Shown here piece after piece: positions 45,865 to 55,613 of a stretch of DNA of 64,000 nucleotides (the stretch's first letter is position 1; every line of letters starts with the position of its first letter). This stretch comes from a bacterium (GTDB taxonomy: Bacteria > JADJOY01). The notes beneath the pieces were generated by a model, which worked only from the letters and a program-made list of their open reading frames with translations, was not told the DNA's origin and ran no database searches. Made by a program: the position numbers and the translations under genes. The stretch is taken from positions 186,001-250,000 of the forward strand of contig JAXLQJ010000004.1 of the NCBI GenBank assembly GCA_046331705.1, written 5' to 3'.

Positions 45865-46757
45865 CCGTGGATTCGGCGAGCCCGCTCGCGAAAGAAGCGG
45901 CCCAGCGGTAGCTCGTACGGGGTGTCGGTGGCGAGCGAGATGAGATCGACGCCCGCGCGTGCGAGGGTGGTTTCGAGCGCCCGGTCGCGAGCCTCGGCAG
46001 CACGCTCGTAGCGCTCACGGGCGCGCCGCGAGCCGAGATCGAAGATCGACTCGGCGCCGGTCTCCGCGTCGCGCATCCGCACCAGTCCCGCGCGCGGCAG
46101 CGAACGCTCGCGCGGATCGCGAATCCGGATCGCGACCACGTCGTGGCGGCGCGCCGCTTGCCGAAGCGGCCCCACCAGCTCGCGCTCGCCGAGCCCCGGC
46201 CCCAGGAAATCGCTCACCACGAACACGATGGCGCGACGCTTGAGGATGCGGCCCAGGTAGCGCAGCGCACCGCTCACGTCGGTGCCGTGGCCCTCGGGCT
46301 CGAAGAAGAGGATCTCGCGCACCACCCGCAGCACGTGCGACGAGCCCGCTCCGGGCGGCAGCACCTTCTCGACCCGATCGGTGAAGAAGAGCGCCCCGAC
46401 CTTGTCGCGGTTCTTGATCGCCGAGAACGCCAGCGTGGCGGCGACCTCCGCGGCCACCTCCGACTTGAGCTGGAGCGCCGAGCCGAAACGCTGCGAGCTG
46501 CTCACGTCCACGAGCAGGAACACCGTGAGCTCGCGCTCCTCGTTGAAGCGCTTGATGTGCGGGATCGAGGTGCGCGCGGTGACGTTCCAGTCGATGGAAC
46601 GTACGTCGTCACCCCACGCGTACTCCCGCACCTCGTCGAATTCCATGCCGCGGCCACGGAAGACCGAGCGGTACTGGCCGACGAAGCTCTCGTCGGCGCG
46701 CCGGCTGGTGACGATCTGGATGCGCCGGATCTTGCGGATGAGCTCGCGGGGGATCAT
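45861..46757 (-). CDS. DUF58 domain protein (MoxR-associated VWA-like)
   Basis: FRGRGMEFDEVREY..GDDVRSIDWNVTAR, EERELT, VVSDF. Confidence 0.95.
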   Translation of the reverse strand: MIPRELIRKIRRIQIVTSRRADESFVGQYRSVFRGRGMEFDEVREYAWGDDVRSIDWNVTARTSIPHIKRFNEERELTVFLLVDVSSSQRFGSALQLKSEVAAEVAATLAFSAIKNRDKVGALFFTDRVEKVLPPGAGSSHVLRVVREILFFEPEGHGTDVSGALRYLGRILKRRAIVFVVSDFLGPGLGERELVGPLRQAARRHDVVAIRIRDPRERSLPRAGLVRMRDAETGAESIFDLGSRRARERYERAAEARDRALETTLARAGVDLISLATDTPYELPLGRFFRERARRIHG

Positions 46758-46984
46758 CGAGGGTTCGTCTCCGCGGGGGTCCGTTCCAGACCCCCGCCCC
46801 ACGAAAAGCGCGGCTTTCGTGGGGCCCCACCCCCAAGGCACTCGCTGCGCTCACGGCTCGCCGCTGGCTCGCGGAGAGAGCGACGACGAGCGGGGAGACT
46901 GGGACGCGTTGCGCGCGAAGGACCACCGCGCCCGATCGGGCGGTTCGAGCCCCGCGCCGCTACGATCGCGAGACGGCCGTTCAC
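46754..46984 (-). CDS. Putative 76-aa bridging mini-ORF containing the palindromic repeat
   Basis: GTG overlaps the moxR stop (GTGA) and TGA overlaps the DUF58 start (ATGA); no recognisable domain. Confidence 0.4.
   Translation of the reverse strand: MNGRLAIVAARGSNRPIGRGGPSRATRPSLPARRRSLREPAASRERSECLGGGAPRKPRFSWGGGLERTPAETNPR
46769..46867 (-). repeat. Dispersed palindromic repeat, copy 1
   Basis: ccagcggcgagccg..cttgggggtggggccccacgaaagccgcgcttttcgtggggcgggggtctggaacggacccccg, homologous to 62260-62363. Confidence 0.9.
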
Positions 46985-47967
46985 GGCACTTCCACGGCGT
47001 CGAAGACCTTGCGCACCACGTCGTCGCTGGTGACCTCCTCCGCTTCCGCCTCGTAGGTCAGGATCACGCGGTGGCGAAGCACCTCGAGGGCCACGCCCTT
47101 CACGTCCTCCGGCGTGACGAAACCGCGCCCTTGCAGGAACGCGTGGGCGCGTGCGGCGCGGGTCAGAAACAGCGTGGCGCGCGGCGAAGCGCCGTAGAGG
47201 ATCATCCCGTCGAGCTTGAGCCCGAAATCCTGCGGCCGGCGCGTGGCGTGAACCAGGTTCACCACGTAGTCCTTGATGCGGTCGTCCATGTACACGTGTT
47301 GCACGGCGTCGCGCGCCGCGAGCAGCTGCGGCACGTCCACCACCGGGGACGCCGCCGCCGCCTCGAGCCCGCTCATGCGATCGAGGATTCGGCGTTCCTC
47401 GTCCTTGCGCGGGTAATCGAGGATCACCTTGAGCATGAAGCGGTCGACCTGCGCTTCCGGCAAGGGGTACGTGCCTTCCTGCTCGATCGGGTTCTGGGTG
47501 GCGAGGACCAGGAACGGATCGGCCATGGGATAGGTGCGATCGCCGATCGTCACCTGCCGTTCCTCCATCGCCTCGAGAAGCGCGCTCTGCACCTTCGCCG
47601 GCGCGCGATTGATCTCGTCCGCCAGGATCAGGTTGGCGAAGATCGGCCCCTGGCGCGGCTCGAAGGTGCCTTTGGCGGGGTTGAAGATCATCGTGCCGAT
47701 CAGGTCCGACGGCAGCAGGTCCGGCGTGAACTGGATCCGCTGGAAGCTGGTGTGAATGCACGAAGCCAGCGTGCGCACCGCGAGCGTCTTGGCGAGCCCC
47801 GGCACGCCCTCCAGCAGCACGTGCCCGCGGGTCAACACGCCGATGAGCAGAGCCTCCACCATCGCCGTCTGACCGACGATGACCTTCTCGATCTCGCGCT
47901 TGAGCGGCGCCAGAAACGCCGATGTCTCGCGGACCTTCTCCGTCGTGGCTTGGATCTCGGGATCCAT
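46981..47967 (-). CDS. moxR: MoxR-family AAA+ ATPase
   Basis: EGVPGLAKT, RIQFTPDLLPSD, LADEINRAPAKVQSALLEAM, ATQNPIEQEGTYPLPEAQ. Confidence 0.97.
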   Translation of the reverse strand: MDPEIQATTEKVRETSAFLAPLKREIEKVIVGQTAMVEALLIGVLTRGHVLLEGVPGLAKTLAVRTLASCIHTSFQRIQFTPDLLPSDLIGTMIFNPAKGTFEPRQGPIFANLILADEINRAPAKVQSALLEAMEERQVTIGDRTYPMADPFLVLATQNPIEQEGTYPLPEAQVDRFMLKVILDYPRKDEERRILDRMSGLEAAAASPVVDVPQLLAARDAVQHVYMDDRIKDYVVNLVHATRRPQDFGLKLDGMILYGASPRATLFLTRAARAHAFLQGRGFVTPEDVKGVALEVLRHRVILTYEAEAEEVTSDDVVRKVFDAVEVP

Positions 47968-48103
47968 TCGCCCTCCTGTCGTGCTCGTGGATCGTCTGAC
48001 CGGGCGCGTGCCCGAACGAAACGGCGCTCGCGCGCCCGCGACGCGGGCGCGGCGAATCATTGGTCGAAATCGCGGGGCGTTTTATTTGACCGCCGTTCGT
48101 TCG

Positions 48104-51100
48104 TCAGCCCGGGCGGGGCGGGTCCGCCGGCAGGCTTCCGCCTGGGCACGGCGCCACCACGGCGATCCAGCGCGCTGGATCGGCGATCCCGAGACGCGCC
48201 AGCTCGGCGCGGGCCGTCGCCCGCGCGGCCTCGCCGCGATCCCCGAGCGTGAGCTCGCCGAGCCGATGCGCCGCCGCGGCGGCGTGCGCGCGCATGCCCC
48301 GTGCGGCGAAGTCGGTCTGCGCGCGCTCGTAGCGCACCGCCGCGCGCTCGGCGTCACCGTCACCGTGCGCGATCCCGGCCTCGATCAGCTCGGCGAGCCC
48401 GCGCGACCAGCGAAGCGACGGATGCGCCAGCACTCGAGCCTCACGGGCCGCGCCCCCTCGCCCTCGCCACGCGAGCCAGGTCCCGCCACCCGAGAGCAGC
48501 GCGACGCGGCCGCGGAGATCGGCGAGCAGCACCCGCGCCGCCGTCATCCGCAACGTCTGCGCTCGCACCAGCCCATGCCACTCGCCCGCGATCGTCCGCG
48601 CCGCGTCCGCGGGCGCGCCTCGGTGCAGGTGGAGCTGGCATGCGCCCAGGAGCCGGTAGGTGTCGTAGAGCCGCGGCTGGCTGCTGCCGACGATCGCCGC
48701 GGCGTGCGCGACGTCGTCGCTGGCGCGCGCGAGATCGCCCCGCGCCAGCTGGACGAGCACCGAGAAGAAACCGCGCACCACCAGCGCCTCGTAGCGATCA
48801 CCGCGGCGCTCGGCATCCGCGAGGATCGTGGGCACGAGCGCGGCGAGCGTCACGAAGTCGCCTTCCCAGTAGAGGTTCGTGAGCAGCAGCCGGCGCGCGT
48901 TCACGCGCTCCCACGCGACCGCGGTGCAGCCGTCGCGAAACGTCGCCTCGGCCTCGGCAGCGAGGGTTCGACTGCGGGCCCACTCGCCGCGCTGATGCCA
49001 GGCGATTCCCTCGAGGAGCGTCACGAAACCGCTCGCGCGCGCCTCGCCGCTGGCGCGCGCGAGCGCGGCGGCTTCGCCGAACGACTCCTGGATGCGCGCC
49101 GGATCGGTCTCGCCGAGGGCCGCCCGGTACGCGGTCTCGAGCGCCAGCGCGCGGCTGCGACGGACCGGGTCGTCGTCGAGCGCTCGCGCGAGTCGCAGAT
49201 GTCGCGCCTGGTAGAGCGCGCCGACGATGGGATCGACGAGCCCCATCGCCGCCGCGAACGAGAAGCACGTGTCGATGCGCCGCACCCCCGCCGCGTCCAC
49301 GCCGCGGGCGCGCTCGGACCCGCGGAGACGCGCCTCGAGGGCGAGCCGAGCGCGCTCCAGCACGAGCCCGGCCAGCGCCCTGCGCGAGCTGCGCGGCATC
49401 GGGATGCCGAGCTCGCGAAGCAGCGTCGCGGCGATCGCGATCCCGCGGTCCACGTGTCCTGCGCGGATCCATTGCTCGGCCGCCTCCCAGCGCAAGCCGA
49501 GCGGGTCGGCAGCCGCCGGCCGCGCCGATGCCTCCAGGAACGTCTCGGCGGCCTCGGCGCCGCGACCGGCGTTGGCGAGGGCGCGCGCCAGCTCGAGCTC
49601 GAGGTCGGGTCGGCGATCCGCGCTCACGACCTCGAGCGCAGCGCGGAAGAGCGAGGCAGCGCTCTCGAAGGCCAACGCGTCGGCCGCGCGCCGCGCCGCC
49701 GCCTCCAGGAACTGCGCCGCCTCGCCGCGACGCCCGGCGGCCCGAAGATGGTCGGCGATCCGGCCCGGCTCGGCGCTGCCGTCGGCGATCCACTCCTCGG
49801 CGAGTCGGCCGTGCAGCACCCGGCGCGCCTCGTCGTCGAGCAGCGCGAGCACCGCGCCGCGGACGCGATCGTGTTCCGTGTCGAGAGCGCCGCGCTGGTC
49901 CGCGCGACGCGCCGTCCAGCGTTCGTCCTCCAGCAGGTCGAGCCATTCGGCGGCCACGGAGTCGAGGCCCGCCGACGCCGCCGCCGATGCCACGGAGACC
50001 GGGCCGCCAGCGACGGCGATCGCCGCGAGCAACCGGCGCGGCCCCGCCGGCAAGCGTTCGATTCGACCCGCGAGCAATCGGTCGAGCGACGGGCAAGCCG
50101 GCCCGTCGCCCGCGGCGGCCGGCGTGCTCTCCACCCGTTCCGCGAGGTGGCTCGCGAGCGTCACCAGGAAGAACGGCTGGCCCGCGCTCTGGGTCGCCAC
50201 CGCCGCGGCATCCTGCGAGGCGGCACGCGCACCGAGCAGCTCCCGCGCCAGCGCCGTCGCATCCTCGCCGGGGAGCACGCCGAGATCGAGCGTCGCCGCG
50301 TCGATCCCCGCCTCCGGGGTGAGTCGCGCGCGAAGCGCCGCCAGACCGGGATGGCCCGTCTCGTCCGGCCGCTGGCATCCAATCCAGTAGAGCGCCGGTG
50401 GGTTCCCTCCCGAGAGCACGTCCACCCACAGCGCGGCGCCGTCCACGTCGCTCCATTGCAGGTCGTCGATCCAGACCACCACGGGACGCTCGGCCGCGAG
50501 TCGCGCGAGCAGCTCGCGCAGCGCGACGGCGGCGCGGCGCCGCAGCTCCTGGGGCTCGGCGGTGGCGAGCGCGCCCGGCGCGGCGGTCGCGAGCGCGCTC
50601 ATGCGCCGCAGCACCGGGAACGCGCGAGCGAGCGCCTCGAGATCGGCCGTCGCGACGCGCTCCGCGAGCGGGTCGGGATGACTGGCGAGGTGACGGACCA
50701 GCTCGTCGACGATCGGATCCACCGCCTTGAACGGCACCGACTCGCGCTCGTGGCAGCGGCCCCGTAGCGCGACCAGCTCCGGCACGTCCTCGCCCAGGCG
50801 GCGCACCAGCTCGCCCGCCAGCGCGCTCTTGCCGATCCCCGATTCGCCACGGATGAATCGCACCACGGGCGCGTCGCGCTCGTGAACCCGCGACCAGCCC
50901 TGCGCGAGCCACGCGGCTTCGCGCTCGCGACCGACGAACGGGCGTACCCGGTTCACGAGCGAGCGCGTGCCCCGCGCCGCGCTCGTCGCAGCGCGCGCGC
51001 GACCGGACGGAAACGCGACGCGCTCGCAGAGCTCGCTGAACGACGGCCGCAGCTGCGGATCGCGGGCCAGCAGACGCGCGCAGAGCTCGTCCAGGTCGGG

Positions 51101-51859
51101 CGGAACGTCGCGCACGAGGTCCGCGGGACGCAACAGCGCGTGCCGCTGCTTCGCGAGCAAGATCTCCACCCAATCACCGGCGAATGGCGGCGAACCGGCG
51201 AGTGCTTCGAAGAGCAGCGCGCCCACCGAATACCAGTCGCACGCCGGCGTCTGCGCACCTCCCGCGAACAGCTCGGGCGCCATGTAGGCCGGCGTCCCCA
51301 GCACGCCGGCATGGGACTCGTGGCGCAGCGCCGCGGGCGTGAGCGCGGTCACCAGCCCGAAGTCCAGGAGCACCACCCGACCCGCAGGCGTGACCAGCAC
51401 GTTCGCGGGCTTCACGTCGCGATGGATCTTCTCGGCAGCGTGCAGCGCGCCGACGGCCTCGACGAGCTGGGGCAACACGGCGCGCAGCCGGTCGGGATCC
51501 GCCGGGCTCGCGCCAGCACCGCGCGCCGCCCGCTGCACGGCATCGGCACGGACGTGCTCGGTGAACGCTACGCCCGCGACGAGCTCCATCGCGATCCACC
51601 ACTCGCCGTCGGCGCACGCGAGCTCGTGGAGCCGCACCAGGTTCGGGTGCACGATGCCCGCCAGCTCGCGAAACTCGCTCTTGAGCCGGAGCAACGTCGC
51701 GGGCTCGACGGAACGCAGCGTCTTGACGGCGACGGGGCCGCGGCGCTCCCGATCGTAGGCGAGGTAGACGATCCCCATGGCACCCGAGCCGAGCTCGCGC
51801 ACCAGCTCGTAGCGGCTCGCCAGCACGTCACCGGGCCGCACGGGGGTCGTCCATGACAT
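48104..51859 (-). CDS. Hanks-type Ser/Thr kinase fused to AAA ATPase and helical/TPR-like domains
   Basis: LGSGAMG, VAVK, HRDVKPAN, DFG, YMAPE; FVGRE, Walker A GESGIGKS, Walker B VVWIDD. Confidence 0.93.
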   Translation of the reverse strand: MSWTTPVRPGDVLASRYELVRELGSGAMGIVYLAYDRERRGPVAVKTLRSVEPATLLRLKSEFRELAGIVHPNLVRLHELACADGEWWIAMELVAGVAFTEHVRADAVQRAARGAGASPADPDRLRAVLPQLVEAVGALHAAEKIHRDVKPANVLVTPAGRVVLLDFGLVTALTPAALRHESHAGVLGTPAYMAPELFAGGAQTPACDWYSVGALLFEALAGSPPFAGDWVEILLAKQRHALLRPADLVRDVPPDLDELCARLLARDPQLRPSFSELCERVAFPSGRARAATSAARGTRSLVNRVRPFVGREREAAWLAQGWSRVHERDAPVVRFIRGESGIGKSALAGELVRRLGEDVPELVALRGRCHERESVPFKAVDPIVDELVRHLASHPDPLAERVATADLEALARAFPVLRRMSALATAAPGALATAEPQELRRRAAVALRELLARLAAERPVVVWIDDLQWSDVDGAALWVDVLSGGNPPALYWIGCQRPDETGHPGLAALRARLTPEAGIDAATLDLGVLPGEDATALARELLGARAASQDAAAVATQSAGQPFFLVTLASHLAERVESTPAAAGDGPACPSLDRLLAGRIERLPAGPRRLLAAIAVAGGPVSVASAAASAGLDSVAAEWLDLLEDERWTARRADQRGALDTEHDRVRGAVLALLDDEARRVLHGRLAEEWIADGSAEPGRIADHLRAAGRRGEAAQFLEAAARRAADALAFESAASLFRAALEVVSADRRPDLELELARALANAGRGAEAAETFLEASARPAAADPLGLRWEAAEQWIRAGHVDRGIAIAATLLRELGIPMPRSSRRALAGLVLERARLALEARLRGSERARGVDAAGVRRIDTCFSFAAAMGLVDPIVGALYQARHLRLARALDDDPVRRSRALALETAYRAALGETDPARIQESFGEAAALARASGEARASGFVTLLEGIAWHQRGEWARSRTLAAEAEATFRDGCTAVAWERVNARRLLLTNLYWEGDFVTLAALVPTILADAERRGDRYEALVVRGFFSVLVQLARGDLARASDDVAHAAAIVGSSQPRLYDTYRLLGACQLHLHRGAPADAARTIAGEWHGLVRAQTLRMTAARVLLADLRGRVALLSGGGTWLAWRGRGGAAREARVLAHPSLRWSRGLAELIEAGIAHGDGDAERAAVRYERAQTDFAARGMRAHAAAAAHRLGELTLGDRGEAARATARAELARLGIADPARWIAVVAPCPGGSLPADPPRPG

Positions 51860-51931
51860 CGAGGCTCGCCATCACGCTCGAATGAGAGCACGATTCCCGC
51901 GCGATCGCATGGCATACCGGAGCGCTGCCGA

Positions 51932-53575
51932 ATGACCGACTCGACGCCACCACCGTCCGAGCCCACCATCGCCGCGAGCCGGGGGGTCGACACGTCGACC
52001 GCCATCGACAGCCGCCTGCGCGCCGCCGATCGCGACGCGCTCGGCCTCCTCTACGATCTGACACGCGACCTCGCCGGCGCGACCGACGTGGCGGCGCTCG
52101 CGCGCAGCACCGCGGCACGCCTCTTCCGCGCGTTTCCCCGCGCCACGCACGTGACCATCTTCGTCGCCGCGGACGGGGCGCCGCCGACCCCAGCGCACCG
52201 GTTCCAGCGCGGCGAGGACCTGCTCACCAACGAGCCCCACGTGGTCAGCCAGCGCGTCCTCGAACGCGTCGTTCGCGGGCGCGAGGCGCTGTTGATCGCC
52301 GACGTTCCGACCGCGCTCGTGGGCGTCGATTCGGTGCTGGAGGCGCGCATCCACGCCACCCTCTGCGCGCCGCTGGTGGCCCGCGATCGGCTGGTGGGCG
52401 TCCTCGAGATCGACAATCGTCATCCCGTCGGCACCTTCAGCGAGCGCGACCTGGAGATCGTGACGGTGTTCGCCGAGCCGTTGGCGATGGCACTCGACAA
52501 CGCCGCGCTCGCCGAGCGGCTGACCCGCGCGGAAGCGCGGCTACGACGCGAGAACCAGATGTTGCGCGCCTCGCTCGAGGCGACGCTGCTCGCCGATTCG
52601 CGGGCGATGCGCGCGGTGCTCCACCGCGTCGAGCTGGCCGCGCGCGAGCGCTTGCCGCTCTTGATCCTGGGCGAGACCGGCGTCGGCAAGGAAGTGGTGG
52701 CGCGCACCGTGCATGCCACCAGCGAGCGACGCGACGGGCCGTTCGTCGCGGTCAACTGCGCCGCGCTGCCACGCGACCTCGTCGAGTCCGAGCTCTTCGG
52801 TCACGATCGCGGTGCCTTCTCGGGCGCGAGCGGCGCACGCCTCGGGCTCTTTCGCGAAGCCAGCGGCGGCACGCTCTTCCTCGACGAGGTCACCGAGCTA
52901 CCCATCGAGCTGCAGGCCAAGCTGCTGCGGGCCGTCGACCAGGCCGTGGTGCGACCGGTGGGCGCGGACCGCGAGATGGCCGTGGACGTGCGCATCCTCG
53001 CGGCCACCAATCGCGATCCCGAGGCCGAGGTGATGGCGGGCCGTTTCCGGCGCGACCTGCTCTACCGCCTCGACGTGCTGCGCATCGAGATCCCGCCGCT
53101 GCGCGACCGCATCGAGGAAGTGCCAGCCCTCGCCGATCACCTTCTCGCTCGTTACCGCGCCGCTTCCGGGCGCGACGTCTGCGGCATCCACCCACGGGCG
53201 CTCGATGCGCTGCTCGCCCACGACTGGCCCGGCAACGTGCGCGAGCTCAAGAACGAGATCGAGCGCGCGGCTGCACAGACCACCACGGGCGAGTGGATCG
53301 CGGACGCCTCGCTCTCACCACGACTGCAAGCCGCAGCGGCGCGCGGCGGTGCCCAGTCGCGGCTCGACCAGGGCGCCGTCAGCGAGTCGGGCGGCGTGCT
53401 GCGCGATGCGCTGGAGGCGATCGAGCGGCGCTTCATCCTCCAGGCCCTCGATCGCTACGACGGCAATCTGACCCGCGCCGCCGAGCACCTCGGCTTCTCG
53501 CGCCCAGGCCTTAGGCTCAAGATGGAGCGCCTGGGCCTGCGCCGCCCTGGCGCCGACACCGACGGAGCGAGCTGA
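51932..53575 (+). CDS. Sigma-54 enhancer-binding protein with GAF domain and Fis HTH
   Basis: GAF (LCAPL..VGVLEID), GETGVGKE, ESELFGH, GAFSGA, FLDEV, WPGNVREL, NLTRAAEHLG. Confidence 0.95.
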   Translation: MTDSTPPPSEPTIAASRGVDTSTAIDSRLRAADRDALGLLYDLTRDLAGATDVAALARSTAARLFRAFPRATHVTIFVAADGAPPTPAHRFQRGEDLLTNEPHVVSQRVLERVVRGREALLIADVPTALVGVDSVLEARIHATLCAPLVARDRLVGVLEIDNRHPVGTFSERDLEIVTVFAEPLAMALDNAALAERLTRAEARLRRENQMLRASLEATLLADSRAMRAVLHRVELAARERLPLLILGETGVGKEVVARTVHATSERRDGPFVAVNCAALPRDLVESELFGHDRGAFSGASGARLGLFREASGGTLFLDEVTELPIELQAKLLRAVDQAVVRPVGADREMAVDVRILAATNRDPEAEVMAGRFRRDLLYRLDVLRIEIPPLRDRIEEVPALADHLLARYRAASGRDVCGIHPRALDALLAHDWPGNVRELKNEIERAAAQTTTGEWIADASLSPRLQAAAARGGAQSRLDQGAVSESGGVLRDALEAIERRFILQALDRYDGNLTRAAEHLGFSRPGLRLKMERLGLRRPGADTDGAS

Positions 53576-53619
53576 GTCGCTTCGGCGTGCGCCACGGTGG
53601 GCGCGCCTGCGCGACCGCG

Positions 53620-54035
53620 GCGCCAGCCGATCCCATCACGAGCGCCGCAGCAACTCGGTGGAAAGCCGTCCGCGAAGGGCCGCGGAGGATCGCCGTGCTG
53701 GGCACGATGTGCGCCCGAAATCCAGAGCCACGTATCGAGCTCGTGCGGTTGTCGCGCGAGCCGCTCGATCCAGCGCATCGGCCAATGGTGTCGCTCGTCG
53801 GCGAATGCTTCCGGGTGAGCGGCCAGTCGTGGGGGAGCGCGAGGACGATCTCGGCGCACCGGTGCTCTTCGGCGCCGGGCGGCGTCTTCATCGGACGGGA
53901 GCTCATGCCCGCGGTCATGAGCAGATGGAATGGGCGGTCGGCGCTGGGCGGCACCGTGTGCACGTCGATGTGCGCGCTCGGCGAGACCAGCTCGTGCCCG
54001 CGGGCCGGCGGGACGATCACGACAGGTCCGCCCAA
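53620..54035 (-). pseudogene. Frameshifted suppressor-of-fused (SUFU)-like gene remnant
   Basis: HELVS..HIDVH..PPSADRPF..MTAGMS.RPM..AEIVLALPHDWP in one frame continues near 53813 as EAFADERHHWPMRWIERLARQPHELDTWL..GDPPRPFA in another frame. Confidence 0.8.
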
Positions 54036-55474
54036 CGCAACGTCGTTCGGCTCTCGAAGCCGTCCTCGAAGAGCGGCACGGAGTCGTCACCCGACGCACC
54101 CGACTCGACCGCGCCGATGTCGCAACCATCCGACTGGGCGTGGTTCGCAACCGTGAGTTGGTCGAAGATCCGGCCCGCACCCGCGCCACCGGCGCCGAAG
54201 CGCTGATCCCGCTCGGCATCGGTGCAGGCACCTTTGTCGATCACGGGGCTTCCTGTCTCGAGCAACGGCAAGTGCGTTCGCGTCAGGCCGCCGTTGTCCG
54301 CGAGCACGGCAATTCGCGGATCGATCGGACTGGCCGACGCACCCACGAAGTCACCGTCGGCATTCGGCGAGCCCGTCGGAATCCAGCTCGTCACGTTCGC
54401 GTTCGATCCAATCAGGTTCCATCCCTGACTCTGCCAGTCGATGGTGATCTCGACCGACGGAGTCAGGTAGACGTCCGGATACGACGTCACCGCGTTGTCC
54501 ACGTTCGCTGCGACGATCGAGTTGCGAAACACGAGGCTCACGCTGCGTCCGACCGCCGCGGAGACGTAGAGACCACCACCGTCGCCGGTACCGGTCGAGT
54601 CCGCGTCCACGACGTTGGCCGCGATCGTCGAATCGCTCACCGTGAGCGCCGAGTTCGAAGTGTTGCTGTTCACCAGGATGCCGCCAGCGTGACGCGCCGC
54701 CGAGTTGCCCGAGACCGTGACACGATCGAGCGTGGCCGTCGCATCGACGACGGACAGACCACCGCCGCCACCGTTCACGTGGGTGGTCGAGTTGCCGCGA
54801 AAAGTGGTCGCTCGCACGCTCGCGGTCATGTTCGGTCCATTGAACCGCACACCGCCCACGCCAGAGGCCCCTGCGGCGCTGTTGCCCACGATCTCGGAGT
54901 CCACGATGGACACGCGCACCGGATCGGAGGACGATCCCGCCAGGTAGGCCGCGCCACCGCCGTTGCTCGCCGTGTTGTCCTCGAGGCGCACACGCACCAG
55001 ATCGACGGAGGTACCGTCGGCGACGTAGATCGCCCCACCGTACGTCGCGAGGCCGCGGGTGAGCGTCAGGTCTTCGATCCCGAGCCAGCGGTCCGGTGTC
55101 GGGGTGGTGGATTGGATGATCTGGCGCGCGTCCTGGCCGTCGATCGTGAGCAGGTCGCGTCCGGGACCGCGAATGAGCGTCGGACCCGTGATCGCCGGCA
55201 GGTTCGCGGTGAGCAGGATCGTCGCTGGCGTGGCGACGGCGAACACGATTCGGTCCGCGCCCTGACCCGGCCCGCAGCCGTGGTACGCGCCGTTGTTGTT
55301 GGCGGCGGTGATCGCCTCTCGAAGTGAGCATGCCGCATCGCTGACGTCCGCGTCGGTGGTCGTGGTGACGGTGATTTCCGCGGCACTCGCGTTCGTGCCC
55401 ACGAGCACGAGCACCAACGCAGCCAGCAGGCCACGTCGCAGGTACGGCGGTTTGGAACCCTGAGCCAGGGACAT
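54017..55474 (-). CDS. Secreted CSLREA / choice-of-anchor-Q beta-helix protein
   Basis: Signal peptide (ASA-AE), CSLREAITAAN, N.A..GG repeats, LADNGGLTRTH..SPVID..DQR..CDIGAVE, terminal LFEDGFES. Confidence 0.9.
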   Translation of the reverse strand: MSLAQGSKPPYLRRGLLAALVLVLVGTNASAAEITVTTTTDADVSDAACSLREAITAANNNGAYHGCGPGQGADRIVFAVATPATILLTANLPAITGPTLIRGPGRDLLTIDGQDARQIIQSTTPTPDRWLGIEDLTLTRGLATYGGAIYVADGTSVDLVRVRLEDNTASNGGGAAYLAGSSSDPVRVSIVDSEIVGNSAAGASGVGGVRFNGPNMTASVRATTFRGNSTTHVNGGGGGLSVVDATATLDRVTVSGNSAARHAGGILVNSNTSNSALTVSDSTIAANVVDADSTGTGDGGGLYVSAAVGRSVSLVFRNSIVAANVDNAVTSYPDVYLTPSVEITIDWQSQGWNLIGSNANVTSWIPTGSPNADGDFVGASASPIDPRIAVLADNGGLTRTHLPLLETGSPVIDKGACTDAERDQRFGAGGAGAGRIFDQLTVANHAQSDGCDIGAVESGASGDDSVPLFEDGFESRTTLRWADLS

Positions 55475-55544
55475 CGATTCCTCGCTTTCGTTCGCCGGAA
55501 TGTCCGCGATCCGCGTCGGTCGCGAGCGCGTCATTTATCGCGCG

Positions 55545-55613
55545 CGAAAGAATCTTGCCGCAAGTGGGTTCCGATCGGCGGCGACGCGGAAACCGACTGG
55601 AAACTCGGTTGCC
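55545..55613. promoter_or_regulatory. Cluster of three 15-bp imperfect palindromes (putative activator binding sites)
   Basis: cgaaag-aat-cttgcc (55545), cgcaag-tgg-gttccg (55559), ggaaac-tcg-gttgcc (55599), plus half-site ggaaac at 55588. Confidence 0.45.
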
